DNA from: Candidatus Bathyarchaeota archaeon
GTDB taxonomy: Archaea > Thermoproteota > Bathyarchaeia > Bathyarchaeales > Bathycorpusculaceae
DNA length: 64,000 nucleotides
Assembly: GCA_963782525.1 (NCBI GenBank)
Contig: CAWAKC010000009.1
Coordinates: 128,001-192,000, forward strand
Reading direction: 5' to 3'
Below are positions 1 through 9,672 of this stretch, piece after piece (the stretch's first letter is position 1; every line of letters begins with the position of its first letter). A program made the translations under genes and the position numbers. Below the pieces are notes generated by a model. It had not been told where the DNA came from. It ran no database searches and saw nothing but the letters and a program-made list of their open reading frames with translations.

Positions 1-299
1 GTGAAAACTTTAGTTAGAATACTGTCATAGCCGTTTTCTTTAATCAACACTTCTGCTTTGCTGGAAAAAAACGTTTTATCCTCGTATTTAACTACAGGAA
101 CCCCAAAGCCCATTCCTTCCTCAATCAACTCGTCCTCGTCAAGCAATAACACAAGCCCCTTTTGGAGGACTCCAGTTTCCAAAATGTTAGGGCGGCAGTC
201 CTCGTATAGCCTGACAGATAAGCGATCAGTAAGTTTTTGGGTAAACATTCCCGTCGAATCCAAAGAATTTGGTAAGCTAACTGTTTGGAGCTGACTCAA
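1..299 (-). CDS. hypothetical protein, partial (runs off window start)
   Basis: Open frame from TTG at 299 (MSQLQTVSLPNSLDSTGMFTQKLTDRLSVRLYEDCRP...GMGFGVPVVKY...), with GAGG SD-like sequence upstream; not in the ORF track. Confidence 0.65.
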   Translation of the reverse strand, partial: MSQLQTVSLPNSLDSTGMFTQKLTDRLSVRLYEDCRPNILETGVLQKGLVLLLDEDELIEEGMGFGVPVVKYEDKTFFSSKAEVLIKENGYDSILTKVF

Positions 300-429
300 A
301 TATGAACCTCTCAAATTGAAAGCAGAAAAGTACAGGTTAACTGTGCCACTTAATATTTAATAGATATAACTATTTAACATTGATCATTAATTAATCTGCA
401 AAAAGCTTACAAATTAAAGTTAGGCATAG

Positions 430-1638
430 ATGGAGTTAAAAATTGTGTGGGAATGGGAATATTTATGGATAGTTTGGATATTCTCATCTGTTCTGTTTAT
501 AAGATTCTACGTTTACATTGCCGCCTTCGGAAAAAAATTGATTTCTAAACCGCTGAAAGAAAAATTTGGTACCCCACGCCTAATTTTTCAAGTAACCACA
601 AAAGGAAACATACTCATCGTCCAAAACACTGTTGACCGCATAAACTCCGTCTGCAAAGAAATCGGCTACGAAAAATATGAGCTCTGGGTAGTTACAGATG
701 CACAGGAACAATTCCAGAATTGCCGAACAATCAGTGTTCCCCCAGAATTTTCATGCAACGCTCTCTACAAGGGACGGGCTCTCCAGTACGCTGTTGAGGT
801 TCGACAAAAAGAAGGCAAAAATACCGAGGAAATATCCGTCTTTCATCTCGACGATGAAAGCTTAATTACAAAACAGACCCTCTGCAGTGTCCTTACCTAT
901 TTGGAGGGCAACAACCCTAAACCGATAAGCGAAGGCTTAATCATTTATCCGCTGCGAGAAAAAGAAAAAATCAAATTTTCAAACCTAATGGACACCCTCA
1001 GACCATTCTGCTGCTTTGAATGCTTAGAGTTCATGAATACAGGTAAACCCGCATACATTCATGGATCAAACCTTCTTATACGCAGCGACATAGAGGAAAA
1101 AGTAGGTTGGCAAAACGGCAAAACCTTAGCTGAAGACACCCTCTTCGCCATCCAAGCTAAAAAGAAAATTGGAACCCAAGCATTCGGCTGGCACGGCGGG
1201 GTTGTAGAAGAGCAAAGTCCATTGAATTTTCCTGACTTGATGAAGCAGCGAAAAAGATGGTTCTGTGGGTTACTGCAAAACCTAAAGTACCTAACAAGAA
1301 TGGAAAAAGCTTCCCAAACTGGCAGAGCGATACTGTGGACATCTGGTTTTATCGCTGGCATTGCCTCGATTTTCGCTTGGATAGGACCCTATCTTAACAT
1401 GCCGTACCAAAATATACCGTTAGAGTTTAAAATTTTATTTACGATAACTAGCGTAATGTGGCTGCTTGCGTATCAAATTGGCGTTTTAATGAATGGTAAG
1501 TACTTGTCTTTGAAGAAAAGGGTAGAGTTTCATTTCATGACTCTGCTGTTTTCTATTCCAATCGGCTTAATCGAGTGTGCTGTTCCTTTAGTTTCGGTTA
1601 TTAATAAGCCCAAATCTTTTGAAGTTATTAAAAAATAA
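430..1638 (+). CDS. glycosyltransferase family 2 (membrane, processive-type)
   Basis: KGRAL, HLDDES (DxD), LAED and QRKRW motifs; N- and C-terminal TM helices. Confidence 0.85.
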   Translation: MELKIVWEWEYLWIVWIFSSVLFIRFYVYIAAFGKKLISKPLKEKFGTPRLIFQVTTKGNILIVQNTVDRINSVCKEIGYEKYELWVVTDAQEQFQNCRTISVPPEFSCNALYKGRALQYAVEVRQKEGKNTEEISVFHLDDESLITKQTLCSVLTYLEGNNPKPISEGLIIYPLREKEKIKFSNLMDTLRPFCCFECLEFMNTGKPAYIHGSNLLIRSDIEEKVGWQNGKTLAEDTLFAIQAKKKIGTQAFGWHGGVVEEQSPLNFPDLMKQRKRWFCGLLQNLKYLTRMEKASQTGRAILWTSGFIAGIASIFAWIGPYLNMPYQNIPLEFKILFTITSVMWLLAYQIGVLMNGKYLSLKKRVEFHFMTLLFSIPIGLIECAVPLVSVINKPKSFEVIKK

Positions 1639-1644
1639 CTACCC

Positions 1645-2910
1645 CTAATTTTTTGATTTCGTTCCCAGCAATTTTAGAACTAAACGCCAAGCAAAAACCT
1701 GCCAAACCACAACAACTAGAAAACGTACAATTAGTCGCCATTCCCGAATGTTGTTTTCAATTGTAAGCGCCGTCGTTACAAGTGATTGTGGAGAAACAAG
1801 ATAGAAAAGCTGTGCAAAATTAGTGGTGAGAACCATGAAAACAAGGGGAATAACCCATAGAAAATGAAAGTCTCGAAAGCTTACCTTGGAAAAAGGAAAC
1901 GCCAAAAGAACTAAAGCAATAACTATGATGACGTAGGGTTCTGAGAGCCAGGAATATGTGAGGAAAAATATAAGCATTAAACCAATTGCTTTCTGAGTTA
2001 GTTCGTTGAAACTTTTAGGAGGGTCACGGTAAACCAGGTAATAACCTGCAAGTAAGGCAGGGATCCAAAGGTAACCTAAGAATTGTAGTCCTGCTGGGAG
2101 GGTCACAGTGTCTTGTAAAAGCTCCACTATACTGAAGGGGGTCATTCCGCCAGCCCTCATGAAAAAGGATGTCAACTGACCAGCCGATGAAGGCAAAACC
2201 CAGCCAAGCAGGTAGAAAGGCAAAATCCACAAACTGACAATAACTAATATGGCGATAATTGAATATTGAACTGTTTTTTTCCAGCTCTTTCCTTGGGAAA
2301 ATAAAATTGGCAAGCCAAGCAATGGAAAAGAAATCGGTTTCAAAACAACACTTAAAGAAAGCAGTACTGCACTAGTTTTAACCATGCCTTTGCTGAGGAA
2401 GTAAATGGAAGCCACACATAGGAGTGCGATTAGAGTGTCGAATTGTCCCCAAGCAGCGGTTGTTAGCAGAAGGAAAGGGTTGAAAAGCAAGAAAAACCAT
2501 GCGAACTTGATTTTTTCCTCGGATGCACCTTGCTGCCGCAGAATGTTCCTTACAGCAAGTGCTAAGCCTATGTTGGCTGCAATGACTGGAACTTTAACTG
2601 CAAAATTGTAGAGAAAAATGTTCGGCACAAAACCGTAGGTTAACCGGTAGATTGCTCCTAAAAGTAAAGGCCAAAGTGGCGGGTCTCCAATAATCGGGTT
2701 AATCCCGATCATGTGAGGCGAAAAAATCGTGATCATGTAATGTTGATAAGGATTTAACCCGGAACCTACTATGAACCCAGTATCCAGAAACGATGTTTGG
2801 TCATAAGCGTGTCCAAGAAAAACCGCCAACGGCACCTGCACCAAAACACTTAGAATAACCGCTACTAAATCGCGATGAAGTTTCAGCCAAAGTAAGCCGC
2901 TAACTCTCAA
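1645..2910 (-). CDS. polytopic GT-C fold glycosyltransferase (GT87/mannosyltransferase-like)
   Basis: Multi-TM with GHAYD, NPY, PPLW, LFNP and WGQFD motifs; start uncertain (TTG 2910; ORF open to 3009). Confidence 0.7.
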   Translation of the reverse strand: MRVSGLLWLKLHRDLVAVILSVLVQVPLAVFLGHAYDQTSFLDTGFIVGSGLNPYQHYMITIFSPHMIGINPIIGDPPLWPLLLGAIYRLTYGFVPNIFLYNFAVKVPVIAANIGLALAVRNILRQQGASEEKIKFAWFFLLFNPFLLLTTAAWGQFDTLIALLCVASIYFLSKGMVKTSAVLLSLSVVLKPISFPLLGLPILFSQGKSWKKTVQYSIIAILVIVSLWILPFYLLGWVLPSSAGQLTSFFMRAGGMTPFSIVELLQDTVTLPAGLQFLGYLWIPALLAGYYLVYRDPPKSFNELTQKAIGLMLIFFLTYSWLSEPYVIIVIALVLLAFPFSKVSFRDFHFLWVIPLVFMVLTTNFAQLFYLVSPQSLVTTALTIENNIREWRLIVRFLVVVVWQVFAWRLVLKLLGTKSKN

Positions 2911-3080
2911 AACAAGCAACCAAAAGTAAAGTAAATAAAATGTCAGTAATAAAGAAAAAAAGCAAAATACTTGCAATAGAATGATGTTTTGCATCTTTTT
3001 TGGGCGCAACTGGGTTTTTTCGAGTTTTGTTTTAGAAATAGTCTTATGGTTGTTTAGTTGATTGTATTTGCGAAGTTTAC

Positions 3081-4268
3081 ATGCCCACTAATTTGCCACC
3101 TGAGGCGATGGATAAATGGGAGCTTGTCGAAGCTGCCCACACGCCCAAAGAAAAAATGGATGCCATGATAGAGTTCCTAAAGTATGTTCCGCATCACAAA
3201 GGCACCATGAAACTGCGCGGTGAAATGAACCGCAAAATTGCGCTTATCCGAGATGATTTGGACAAAAAGAAGCGCCAGGGCACTGGCAAGAGCAGCGGGG
3301 GACCAAAACTTTTCATCGAGAAGGAAGGTTCAGCCCAGATAGCGTTGATAGGTATGACGAACGTGGGCAAAAGCGCCCTCATGACCGCTGTTACAAACTC
3401 TAAAGTGCAGGTTACCCCTACGCCATTTAGTACGCATGAGCCTATGCCGGGCATAATGAGTTACATGGATGTTCAGTTCCAGATTGTGGAAGCACCAGCA
3501 GTAATGGAGGGAGCAGCAGAGGGAAAAGCAGGCGGCAACGTTACACTTGGCTTAGCACGCAACGCCGACGGAGTAATTTTGATGGTAGATTTGGGCAGAG
3601 ACCCTGTTGAGCAGTTGGAGCTGATTTTGGATGAACTGGAGAAAACCCGAGTTTTAGTCTACAAACCCAGCGGAAAAGTCGATATTGACAGGCGGCACTC
3701 TGGCACGGCATTAAGAGTTATCCTCGTGGGCAAATTGATCGATTGCAGCATGAATCAAGTGGAACAATTGCTACGGGACTACAAAGTCCACGATGCCATC
3801 GTGCATATCAGTGGCCAGGTTACTCTGGAAGATGTAGAGAACGCAATTTATGAGAGCACCATTTACAAACCGGCAGTCATTGTAGCTAACAAGCTGGATT
3901 TAAAGGGGGCTCAAGCGAACCTTAGGCTTCTAAAGTCGTTTGTGAACGGAAAATTACCCATAGTTGCTATGTCTGCTCAGAATAAAGTGGGGCTTCAAGA
4001 ACTGGGAAAAAACCTGTTTGATGCTCTGGGACTTATTCGAGTCTACACCAAAGAACCCGGCAACAAAGTGCATGCCGACCGCCCCTTCGCACTTAAAAAA
4101 GGCGCCACCGTCAACGAGTTGGCAAAGAACATTCACAAGGAACTTTTAATGAATTTCATGTTTGCCATGGTTTGGGCGAAACGGTTACCCTTCAGTCCCA
4201 AGAAGGTCGGGATGAACTTTGTTTTAGACGACTGCGACATCGTGGAAATACACGCCAGAGTTATCTAA
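3081..4268 (+). CDS. DRG/OBG-family GTPase with TGS domain
   Basis: PHHKGT, GMTNVGKS (G1), FST (G2), NKLD (G4), IRVYTKEPG, C-terminal TGS. Confidence 0.9.
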   Translation: MPTNLPPEAMDKWELVEAAHTPKEKMDAMIEFLKYVPHHKGTMKLRGEMNRKIALIRDDLDKKKRQGTGKSSGGPKLFIEKEGSAQIALIGMTNVGKSALMTAVTNSKVQVTPTPFSTHEPMPGIMSYMDVQFQIVEAPAVMEGAAEGKAGGNVTLGLARNADGVILMVDLGRDPVEQLELILDELEKTRVLVYKPSGKVDIDRRHSGTALRVILVGKLIDCSMNQVEQLLRDYKVHDAIVHISGQVTLEDVENAIYESTIYKPAVIVANKLDLKGAQANLRLLKSFVNGKLPIVAMSAQNKVGLQELGKNLFDALGLIRVYTKEPGNKVHADRPFALKKGATVNELAKNIHKELLMNFMFAMVWAKRLPFSPKKVGMNFVLDDCDIVEIHARVI

Positions 4269-4319
4269 GGTTTAAAGTCAAAACTAAGGTTTTATTAGTT
4301 TCTAGAATATTTGCAGGTT

Positions 4320-4841
4320 TTATTCTATGATTTCTGCCTGTTTGAAACGGATAACGCGGGTTTTGCTTTTGTCTAAGATGACTTTTCCGCCTTCAACAGT
4401 GAGGTAAGAAGCGATTGTGCCAACGGTTGTCATGCCAGGAATAACCTTGACTGATTCGGGCAAAGCATTCCTTATTCCGCCAAAACCAGCCATACAACTT
4501 AACGTAATTACGGCATCTGAACCCTTGGCTGCATTGACGACTTTTTTTCGGTCGTTTTGGTTCAGCTGACAATAAGGCGAGGTTGGCAGACCGAAGAATT
4601 TTATGTTCACCGATTTTCCGGTTTTTTCCAGAAGTTCTTTGATGCGGTTTGCTTCGGCAGATGTTGTGAAACAGCTAAAACGTAGGCCACCCAACGAGGA
4701 GGTGCCAATGACGGATATGTCATTTTTGTAAGCGATGCTTTGGTTAGCACAGAAGCCACAGCCGAAAATAGTCACAGATTTAGCGTCCCCAACTTTGTTA
4801 AGCAGAAATGAATCAGTTGCAAGTTCAGAGTAACATCCCAA
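4320..4841 (-). CDS. Cys-containing protein resembling the N-terminal domain of MetV/MTHFR-associated proteins
   Basis: GCGFC...C...SCMAG pattern. Confidence 0.5.
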   Translation of the reverse strand: MGCYSELATDSFLLNKVGDAKSVTIFGCGFCANQSIAYKNDISVIGTSSLGGLRFSCFTTSAEANRIKELLEKTGKSVNIKFFGLPTSPYCQLNQNDRKKVVNAAKGSDAVITLSCMAGFGGIRNALPESVKVIPGMTTVGTIASYLTVEGGKVILDKSKTRVIRFKQAEIIE

Positions 4842-4950
4842 CAGAATTCACCACGTGCACTATTGATTTACCTTGTATTTAAGAATATTTAAAGCGGCAA
4901 ATTAGACTAAATGCTAACTTGACAAAAAATAAAAATGGAAAAGAGTTTGT

Positions 4951-5544
4951 TTATCTGCTGGATTGTGCAACGCGTTCGATTTCGTTGCGTTTAGCGATGG
5001 CAACGCTCTTGATGTCTTTGTTTGCTGCGAGGACAAGTTCATCAGCGAGGGTTTCTTGGATGCTGCGCGGGTTGTTCTTGCTTGAGGCGCGTGCACCTTC
5101 GGTGATGTGGCGTATAGCAAGGTCGATTCTGCGTTGGGGTGCAACGTCCACGGATAAGTGGTAGACGACTCCACCGTAGCTGACACGTGTGGTGTCTTCG
5201 CATGGAGAAGCGTTCTCGACTGCTTTCACGAGTAGTTCGATGGGGTTTTTGCCCGTGCGTATGTTGATAATTTCGAAGGTTTCTTTGACAATGTTTGTAG
5301 CTTTGGCTTTTTTGCCCGCGTTTTTGCCGCTACGCATTAAGCCGTTGATTAAGCGTTCAACGATGTTGACTTTGGATTTGCGGAAGCGTTGGTGTTCATG
5401 GCGTCCCATACTGTGGGGTGCAACCATTGGTGTTAAGTTGAGGTATCTTTGTAATCCAATGTCTACGACTGCAATATCTTTGAAACTCCATTTTTGGAAG
5501 AGCTTAATTTCTTGGGGTTGAGAAACTGAAGATATTTGTGACAT
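4951..5544 (-). CDS. rps7: 30S ribosomal protein uS7
   Basis: PHSMGRH, IVERLIN, EDTTR, VDVAPQRRID, ERVAQSSR. Confidence 0.98.
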   Translation of the reverse strand: MSQISSVSQPQEIKLFQKWSFKDIAVVDIGLQRYLNLTPMVAPHSMGRHEHQRFRKSKVNIVERLINGLMRSGKNAGKKAKATNIVKETFEIINIRTGKNPIELLVKAVENASPCEDTTRVSYGGVVYHLSVDVAPQRRIDLAIRHITEGARASSKNNPRSIQETLADELVLAANKDIKSVAIAKRNEIERVAQSSR

Positions 5545-5550
5545 AAGCTA

Positions 5551-5991
5551 TTACCTTGCTGGTTTTTGTTTACGTCCATAGACGAGTTCGTTTAGGCTTA
5601 CGCCGTTAACCATAACGACCTTCCAGCGTACACCTGGAATGTCTCCCATAGCGCCGCCTCTTGTTCCACCAATGCCTTCTACAACGACTTCGTCGTGTTC
5701 GTCGACTACGTTGAGGGCGCCGTCACCAGGCAAGAACGCTGTGATGGTTCTTCCGTTTTTGATGAGCTGGGTGCGGACACATTTGCGGATGGCGCTGTTG
5801 GGCTGTTTTGATTCGACACCTACTTTTTCTAGAACGATACCTCTGCTCTGAGGTGCACCCTGCATAGGGTCAACTTTTTCGTCGAGCATAAGCATGCGTC
5901 GGTTAAAGTAACGATCTGACCAACGGAAGTTTTTCCGTTTCTTTGCTAGTTGCCTTGCGGCAAATTCGCCTCTTGGAGACTTGGAACCCAT
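5551..5991 (-). CDS. rps12: 30S ribosomal protein uS12
   Basis: [26 protein letters not shown]. Confidence 0.98.
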   Translation of the reverse strand: MGSKSPRGEFAARQLAKKRKNFRWSDRYFNRRMLMLDEKVDPMQGAPQSRGIVLEKVGVESKQPNSAIRKCVRTQLIKNGRTITAFLPGDGALNVVDEHDEVVVEGIGGTRGGAMGDIPGVRWKVVMVNGVSLNELVYGRKQKPAR

Positions 5992-6405
5992 TCTAAGATA
6001 TTCCTTCTTTTTGCAACATCATAGTCATAATACTAATATTTAAACAAAACGAAGCCGCAGAATAAAAAACTGTAGAGACCTTTTTCTTTACTTATTCGAT
6101 TGGAAATTGCAATTTAAATTTTGTTCCCTTGTCAATTTGGCTTTCAAGCAAGTTGTGCCGCCCTGCGCCTCAACCAAACAATAAGAATTTGAGGGATGAA
6201 AATCAAAGTTGTTGAGGAAATTAACGCCTTGAAAAAGAGAATTTCGGAACTGGAGTTTGAAAAGAAAAAATCTAACGCCGTTCAAAGTTAACATTTTGTT
6301 TTTCTTGGGTATGCAGTCACATATCTTTTAGGCTATAATCTCATAAGAGAGAGTTTGTATAGCGCAACATAGTTAAATAAGTTAAAAAATATCTAATTAA
6401 AACAA

Positions 6406-7203
6406 ATGCAGGTTCTTAAACTTCACAAATGGATTGTTTTAGTTGCCGTTTTATTAGTTGTTGTGTTGCTTGTGTCTTTTTTTGTGGTTCAGAATAGTTA
6501 TAAGCCTTCAGCGAAAGCCTCGCCTACGCCTCCTCCGTCGCCGACTTCCACGTCAACGGGAACTACAACTCCGTCCCCTACTTCCAAGACCACTCCGTCG
6601 CCTACTCCTCTGTTAACTCCAGTGCTGCCCACAATCGTTCCTCAACTGTACCCAGGAGAACTCATCCAGTACCAAAACCAAACTCTCTCACCGATTAGCG
6701 CTGTCTACCAGAACGCAATCGCTGGAACACAGTACATAAACCAGTCAACTTACCGTCTATCCATCAGTGGCCTTGTAAATCAGCCTTTGAAGCTTTCCTA
6801 TAACCAAGTCGTTAACAGCCACCAACCGCTCCAGAAAGTTGTCACGCTTAACTGCGTAGAAGGCTGGAGCGCCACTATTCTTTGGGAGGGAATCCAAGTC
6901 AACGACCTCCTCACTGATGCAGGCGTCAACTCGCAGGCGACAGTCGTCATCTTCAAAGCTTCCGACGGCTACACCACCGCTCTGCCGTTAGACTATGTTG
7001 TGCAAAACCAAATAATGATAGCCTACAAAATGAACAACGTAACCCTCACGCCTGAGATTGGTTGGCCTTTTATGGTTGTGGCTCAGGACCAGTATGGGTA
7101 CAAGTGGGCTAAGTGGTTGATGGAAATTGAGGTTTCAAGTGATATGGGTTACCTTGGTTACTGGGAGAGCCGGGGATATTCCAACGATGCGAACGTGCCA
7201 TAA
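6406..7203 (+). CDS. molybdopterin-dependent oxidoreductase (sulfite oxidase/MsrP-like) with membrane anchor and Pro/Thr linker
   Basis: LNCVEGWS, DGYTT, YGYKWAKW, GYWESRGY; N-terminal TM then PT-rich stretch. Confidence 0.85.
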   Translation: MQVLKLHKWIVLVAVLLVVVLLVSFFVVQNSYKPSAKASPTPPPSPTSTSTGTTTPSPTSKTTPSPTPLLTPVLPTIVPQLYPGELIQYQNQTLSPISAVYQNAIAGTQYINQSTYRLSISGLVNQPLKLSYNQVVNSHQPLQKVVTLNCVEGWSATILWEGIQVNDLLTDAGVNSQATVVIFKASDGYTTALPLDYVVQNQIMIAYKMNNVTLTPEIGWPFMVVAQDQYGYKWAKWLMEIEVSSDMGYLGYWESRGYSNDANVP

Positions 7204-7431
7204 CCAGCGATGCAGAAAAAATTCTTCCTGTTGCATGCACAACCAGCCTGCAACTTAAAATAGACACAGATAACAAAGCGCAGTTGACGGTTTTGCCTGC
7301 TGGTCGTTGATGGGACATGGCAAAAACTCAGGTACCTCTAATGAAAAACAGCTGTTTGTGGCAAATTGTTGTCACACATCTTTAAAGCCCAAAGAGCGTG
7401 ACTTGTTTTAGGTTTTTGGAGGTGAGTTTGG

Positions 7432-7707
7432 TTGGTTGAGGTTGAAAGGATTAAGTCTGAAGCAGGTTCCGGGATGGCGTCGACTGCTAACTTTGATGTT
7501 AATGACTTAATCAGCAGAGTGCTCGATTTTGTGGACAGCTTTAAAGAGGCATCTTTGGGTAGGCAGCGTATGGCGGTTGATGTTGAGGGGTTTAATTTTT
7601 CGGTGGGTAAAGAGGGTAAAAAATATGATTTTTCAGTGAGTGTGAATTTATCGTTTAACCCGAAAAAGACAGAAGCGGCGGCTGAGCAGCCGGTTAGTTT
7701 CCCCTAA
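7432..7707 (+). CDS. hypothetical protein
   Basis: 91-aa ORF, GGAGGTGA SD directly upstream, TTTAAA TATA at ~7381. Confidence 0.65.
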   Translation: MVEVERIKSEAGSGMASTANFDVNDLISRVLDFVDSFKEASLGRQRMAVDVEGFNFSVGKEGKKYDFSVSVNLSFNPKKTEAAAEQPVSFP

Positions 7708-7751
7708 GCTTATAATTATGCAAGCAAATATTATTGGCTAAGGTTATTGGT

Positions 7752-7856
7752 ATGGAAAAGAAATGTCCAGTCTGCAAAAAGAAATACACCACTTTTGATT
7801 CTAAATCCAAATATTGCAGTGACGCCTGCGCCAGAAAAGCTGGCAAATCAAAATAG
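7752..7856 (+). CDS. 34-aa zinc-finger microprotein (CxxC...CSxxC)
   Basis: MEKKCPVCKKKYTTFDSKSKYCSDACARKAGKSK; below ORF-track cutoff. Confidence 0.7.
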   Translation: MEKKCPVCKKKYTTFDSKSKYCSDACARKAGKSK

Positions 7857-7935
7857 TTCGTCAGGCGCCATTATTTTTTTTATAGCGTAAGCTATTTTTT
7901 TGTTAATTCACAGTTGTTTTCAGGGAAAAAAGCAG

Positions 7936-8106
7936 TTAAGTCGCTGGGATTCCGCGAAGATTCTTTTTCTCTATTTCCAGACACTCGTCGCACAAATCAT
8001 GTGTTGGTCGGTTGGTGCGTTTTTGGATGACTACGCGAGGATACTGTTTGCAGTTTTTGTTCCAGTGCCATCTGTCGGGCTCGGCTCCCTTAACATATTC
8101 GTCCAC
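7936..8106 (-). CDS. small His/Cys metal-binding protein
   Basis: GTG start: MDEYVKGAEPDRWHWNKNCKQYP...LCDECLEIEKK; ORF open to 8202. Confidence 0.6.
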   Translation of the reverse strand: MDEYVKGAEPDRWHWNKNCKQYPRVVIQKRTNRPTHDLCDECLEIEKKNLRGIPAT

Positions 8107-8307
8107 CCTACAGTCCTCACCAGAATATATGTCAATGGAAATATTTCTAATTTGCGTCTCACCAGCATATTGGAGCCTTAGAAAATTCATGTTCATTTTC
8201 AAATAGAAATTCCCTTTCTATAGGGCCTATAGAAAAAAATCACAGTTATGCGGTTATGCATTTAAGCTTCCAGTACATAACCAATTTCATACAAACAGTG
8301 AATTACC

Positions 8308-9210
8308 ATGCCATATGACAAAGAAGAACTAACAAAATTCCGCATATCAGGCAGAATCCTTCGGGAAACACGTGAGGAAATGCGCAGTTTCGTTAAGGAG
8401 AACATGGCGGTTATCGATGTTTGCGAGAAAGCAGAAGGCTTAATCCGCTCTAAAGGTGGGAAACCTGCGTTTCCCTGTAACGTCAGCATCAACGAAGTCG
8501 CAGCACATTACACTGCACCACCAGGGGACAAAACGGTGATTCCTGTGGGTTCCACGGTTAAAGTGGACATTGGAGTGCAGGTTGATGGTTACGTCACCGA
8601 CACCGCTTTTACGGCAGCGTTTGGCGCTGAAGGCAGAAGCATGGCAGCCACCGCCGAGCTTGCTCTGAAAACAGCGATAGACAACATTCACGGCGACATG
8701 GCGCTGGGCAAAATCGGCGCCCTAATCGAAAACACCATCAAAAACCGCGGCTTCAAACCCATCAGCAACCTCACGGGACATTCTGTTGGACGCTATTTGA
8801 TTCATGCTGGAACATCAATCCCCAACGTTGCTCAAACGTCGCTGGGAAAGGTGCATTCGGGCGAAGTGTACGCGATTGAACCTTTCGTCACTCAACCAGA
8901 CGCCATTGGCAGGGTAGACGATGAACCCCAAATCACCATCTACCGTTTACTTAAAGCAAAATCTACAAAAACCGACGCAGCCAAAAAAATGCTAAAACAC
9001 ATCGAAACCAACTTCCGCACTCTGCCCTTTGCTGAACGCTGGCTCATCGGTGTGGTTCCGCCAGAACAGCATAAAGCTGCTTTCAAAGAATTGTTTGCCT
9101 CTAAAGCGATTATGGGGTATCCGATTTTTGTGGAAGCCAGCAGAAAACCAGTTGCCCAAGCAGAACACACTTTATTAATAAAAGATGATGGGTGTGAAGT
9201 TTTAACCTAA
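8308..9210 (+). CDS. map: methionine aminopeptidase type II
   Basis: AFPCNVSINEVAAHYT, DIGVQVDG, NLTGH, AIEPF, QAEHT. Confidence 0.95.
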   Translation: MPYDKEELTKFRISGRILRETREEMRSFVKENMAVIDVCEKAEGLIRSKGGKPAFPCNVSINEVAAHYTAPPGDKTVIPVGSTVKVDIGVQVDGYVTDTAFTAAFGAEGRSMAATAELALKTAIDNIHGDMALGKIGALIENTIKNRGFKPISNLTGHSVGRYLIHAGTSIPNVAQTSLGKVHSGEVYAIEPFVTQPDAIGRVDDEPQITIYRLLKAKSTKTDAAKKMLKHIETNFRTLPFAERWLIGVVPPEQHKAAFKELFASKAIMGYPIFVEASRKPVAQAEHTLLIKDDGCEVLT

Positions 9211-9225
9211 AAAAGGTTAAGCTTC

Positions 9226-9672
9226 TTAGACGTTGTAGGTTTTTTCTTTTTCTTTAACTTCTTTGTAGATGGCTGTTACCATTTGTTTGCCGCCGCATTT
9301 GCCGCATGGAACATCGATTTCTTTGTAGACGTAGTCGCCACGTTGGAATTCACGGCTGGCTTTGTTGTTGCAGCCTTTGTTTGTGCATTCTGTGAGTGTC
9401 ATTACTTTGGGGGCTTCAATTTTAACGGCTGCACTTTGCCTCTTAGACTGGAACAGTAACCCCACAGACATGGCCAACGCCAGTATTCCTATGCCGGCTA
9501 ATACGCCTGCAGCTATCTGGTCACCTGCCAAGTAAGTTTCGCCTGCTATAAGCAAAGCTGTTACAGCTAGCGCCATAACAATCAGAACGATTAGGGTGAG
9601 GTAGGTGGAGATTTTGTTGTTTGCAGATGCAGATTGGGTTTGGTTTTGAGTCGTCATGTTTCTCATCCTCAT
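9226..9672 (-). CDS. membrane protein with C-terminal zinc ribbon
   Basis: Two TM helices, CxxxxC...REFQRGDYV...CxxC; coupled to the DUF1512 gene. Confidence 0.75.
   Translation of the reverse strand: MRMRNMTTQNQTQSASANNKISTYLTLIVLIVMALAVTALLIAGETYLAGDQIAAGVLAGIGILALAMSVGLLFQSKRQSAAVKIEAPKVMTLTECTNKGCNNKASREFQRGDYVYKEIDVPCGKCGGKQMVTAIYKEVKEKEKTYNV

Noticed and set aside
6196-6291. 31-aa coiled-coil-like ORF (MKIKVVEEINALKKRISELEFEKKK...)
   Set aside because: Plausible but too short and featureless to support; it may be a remnant of a longer gene.
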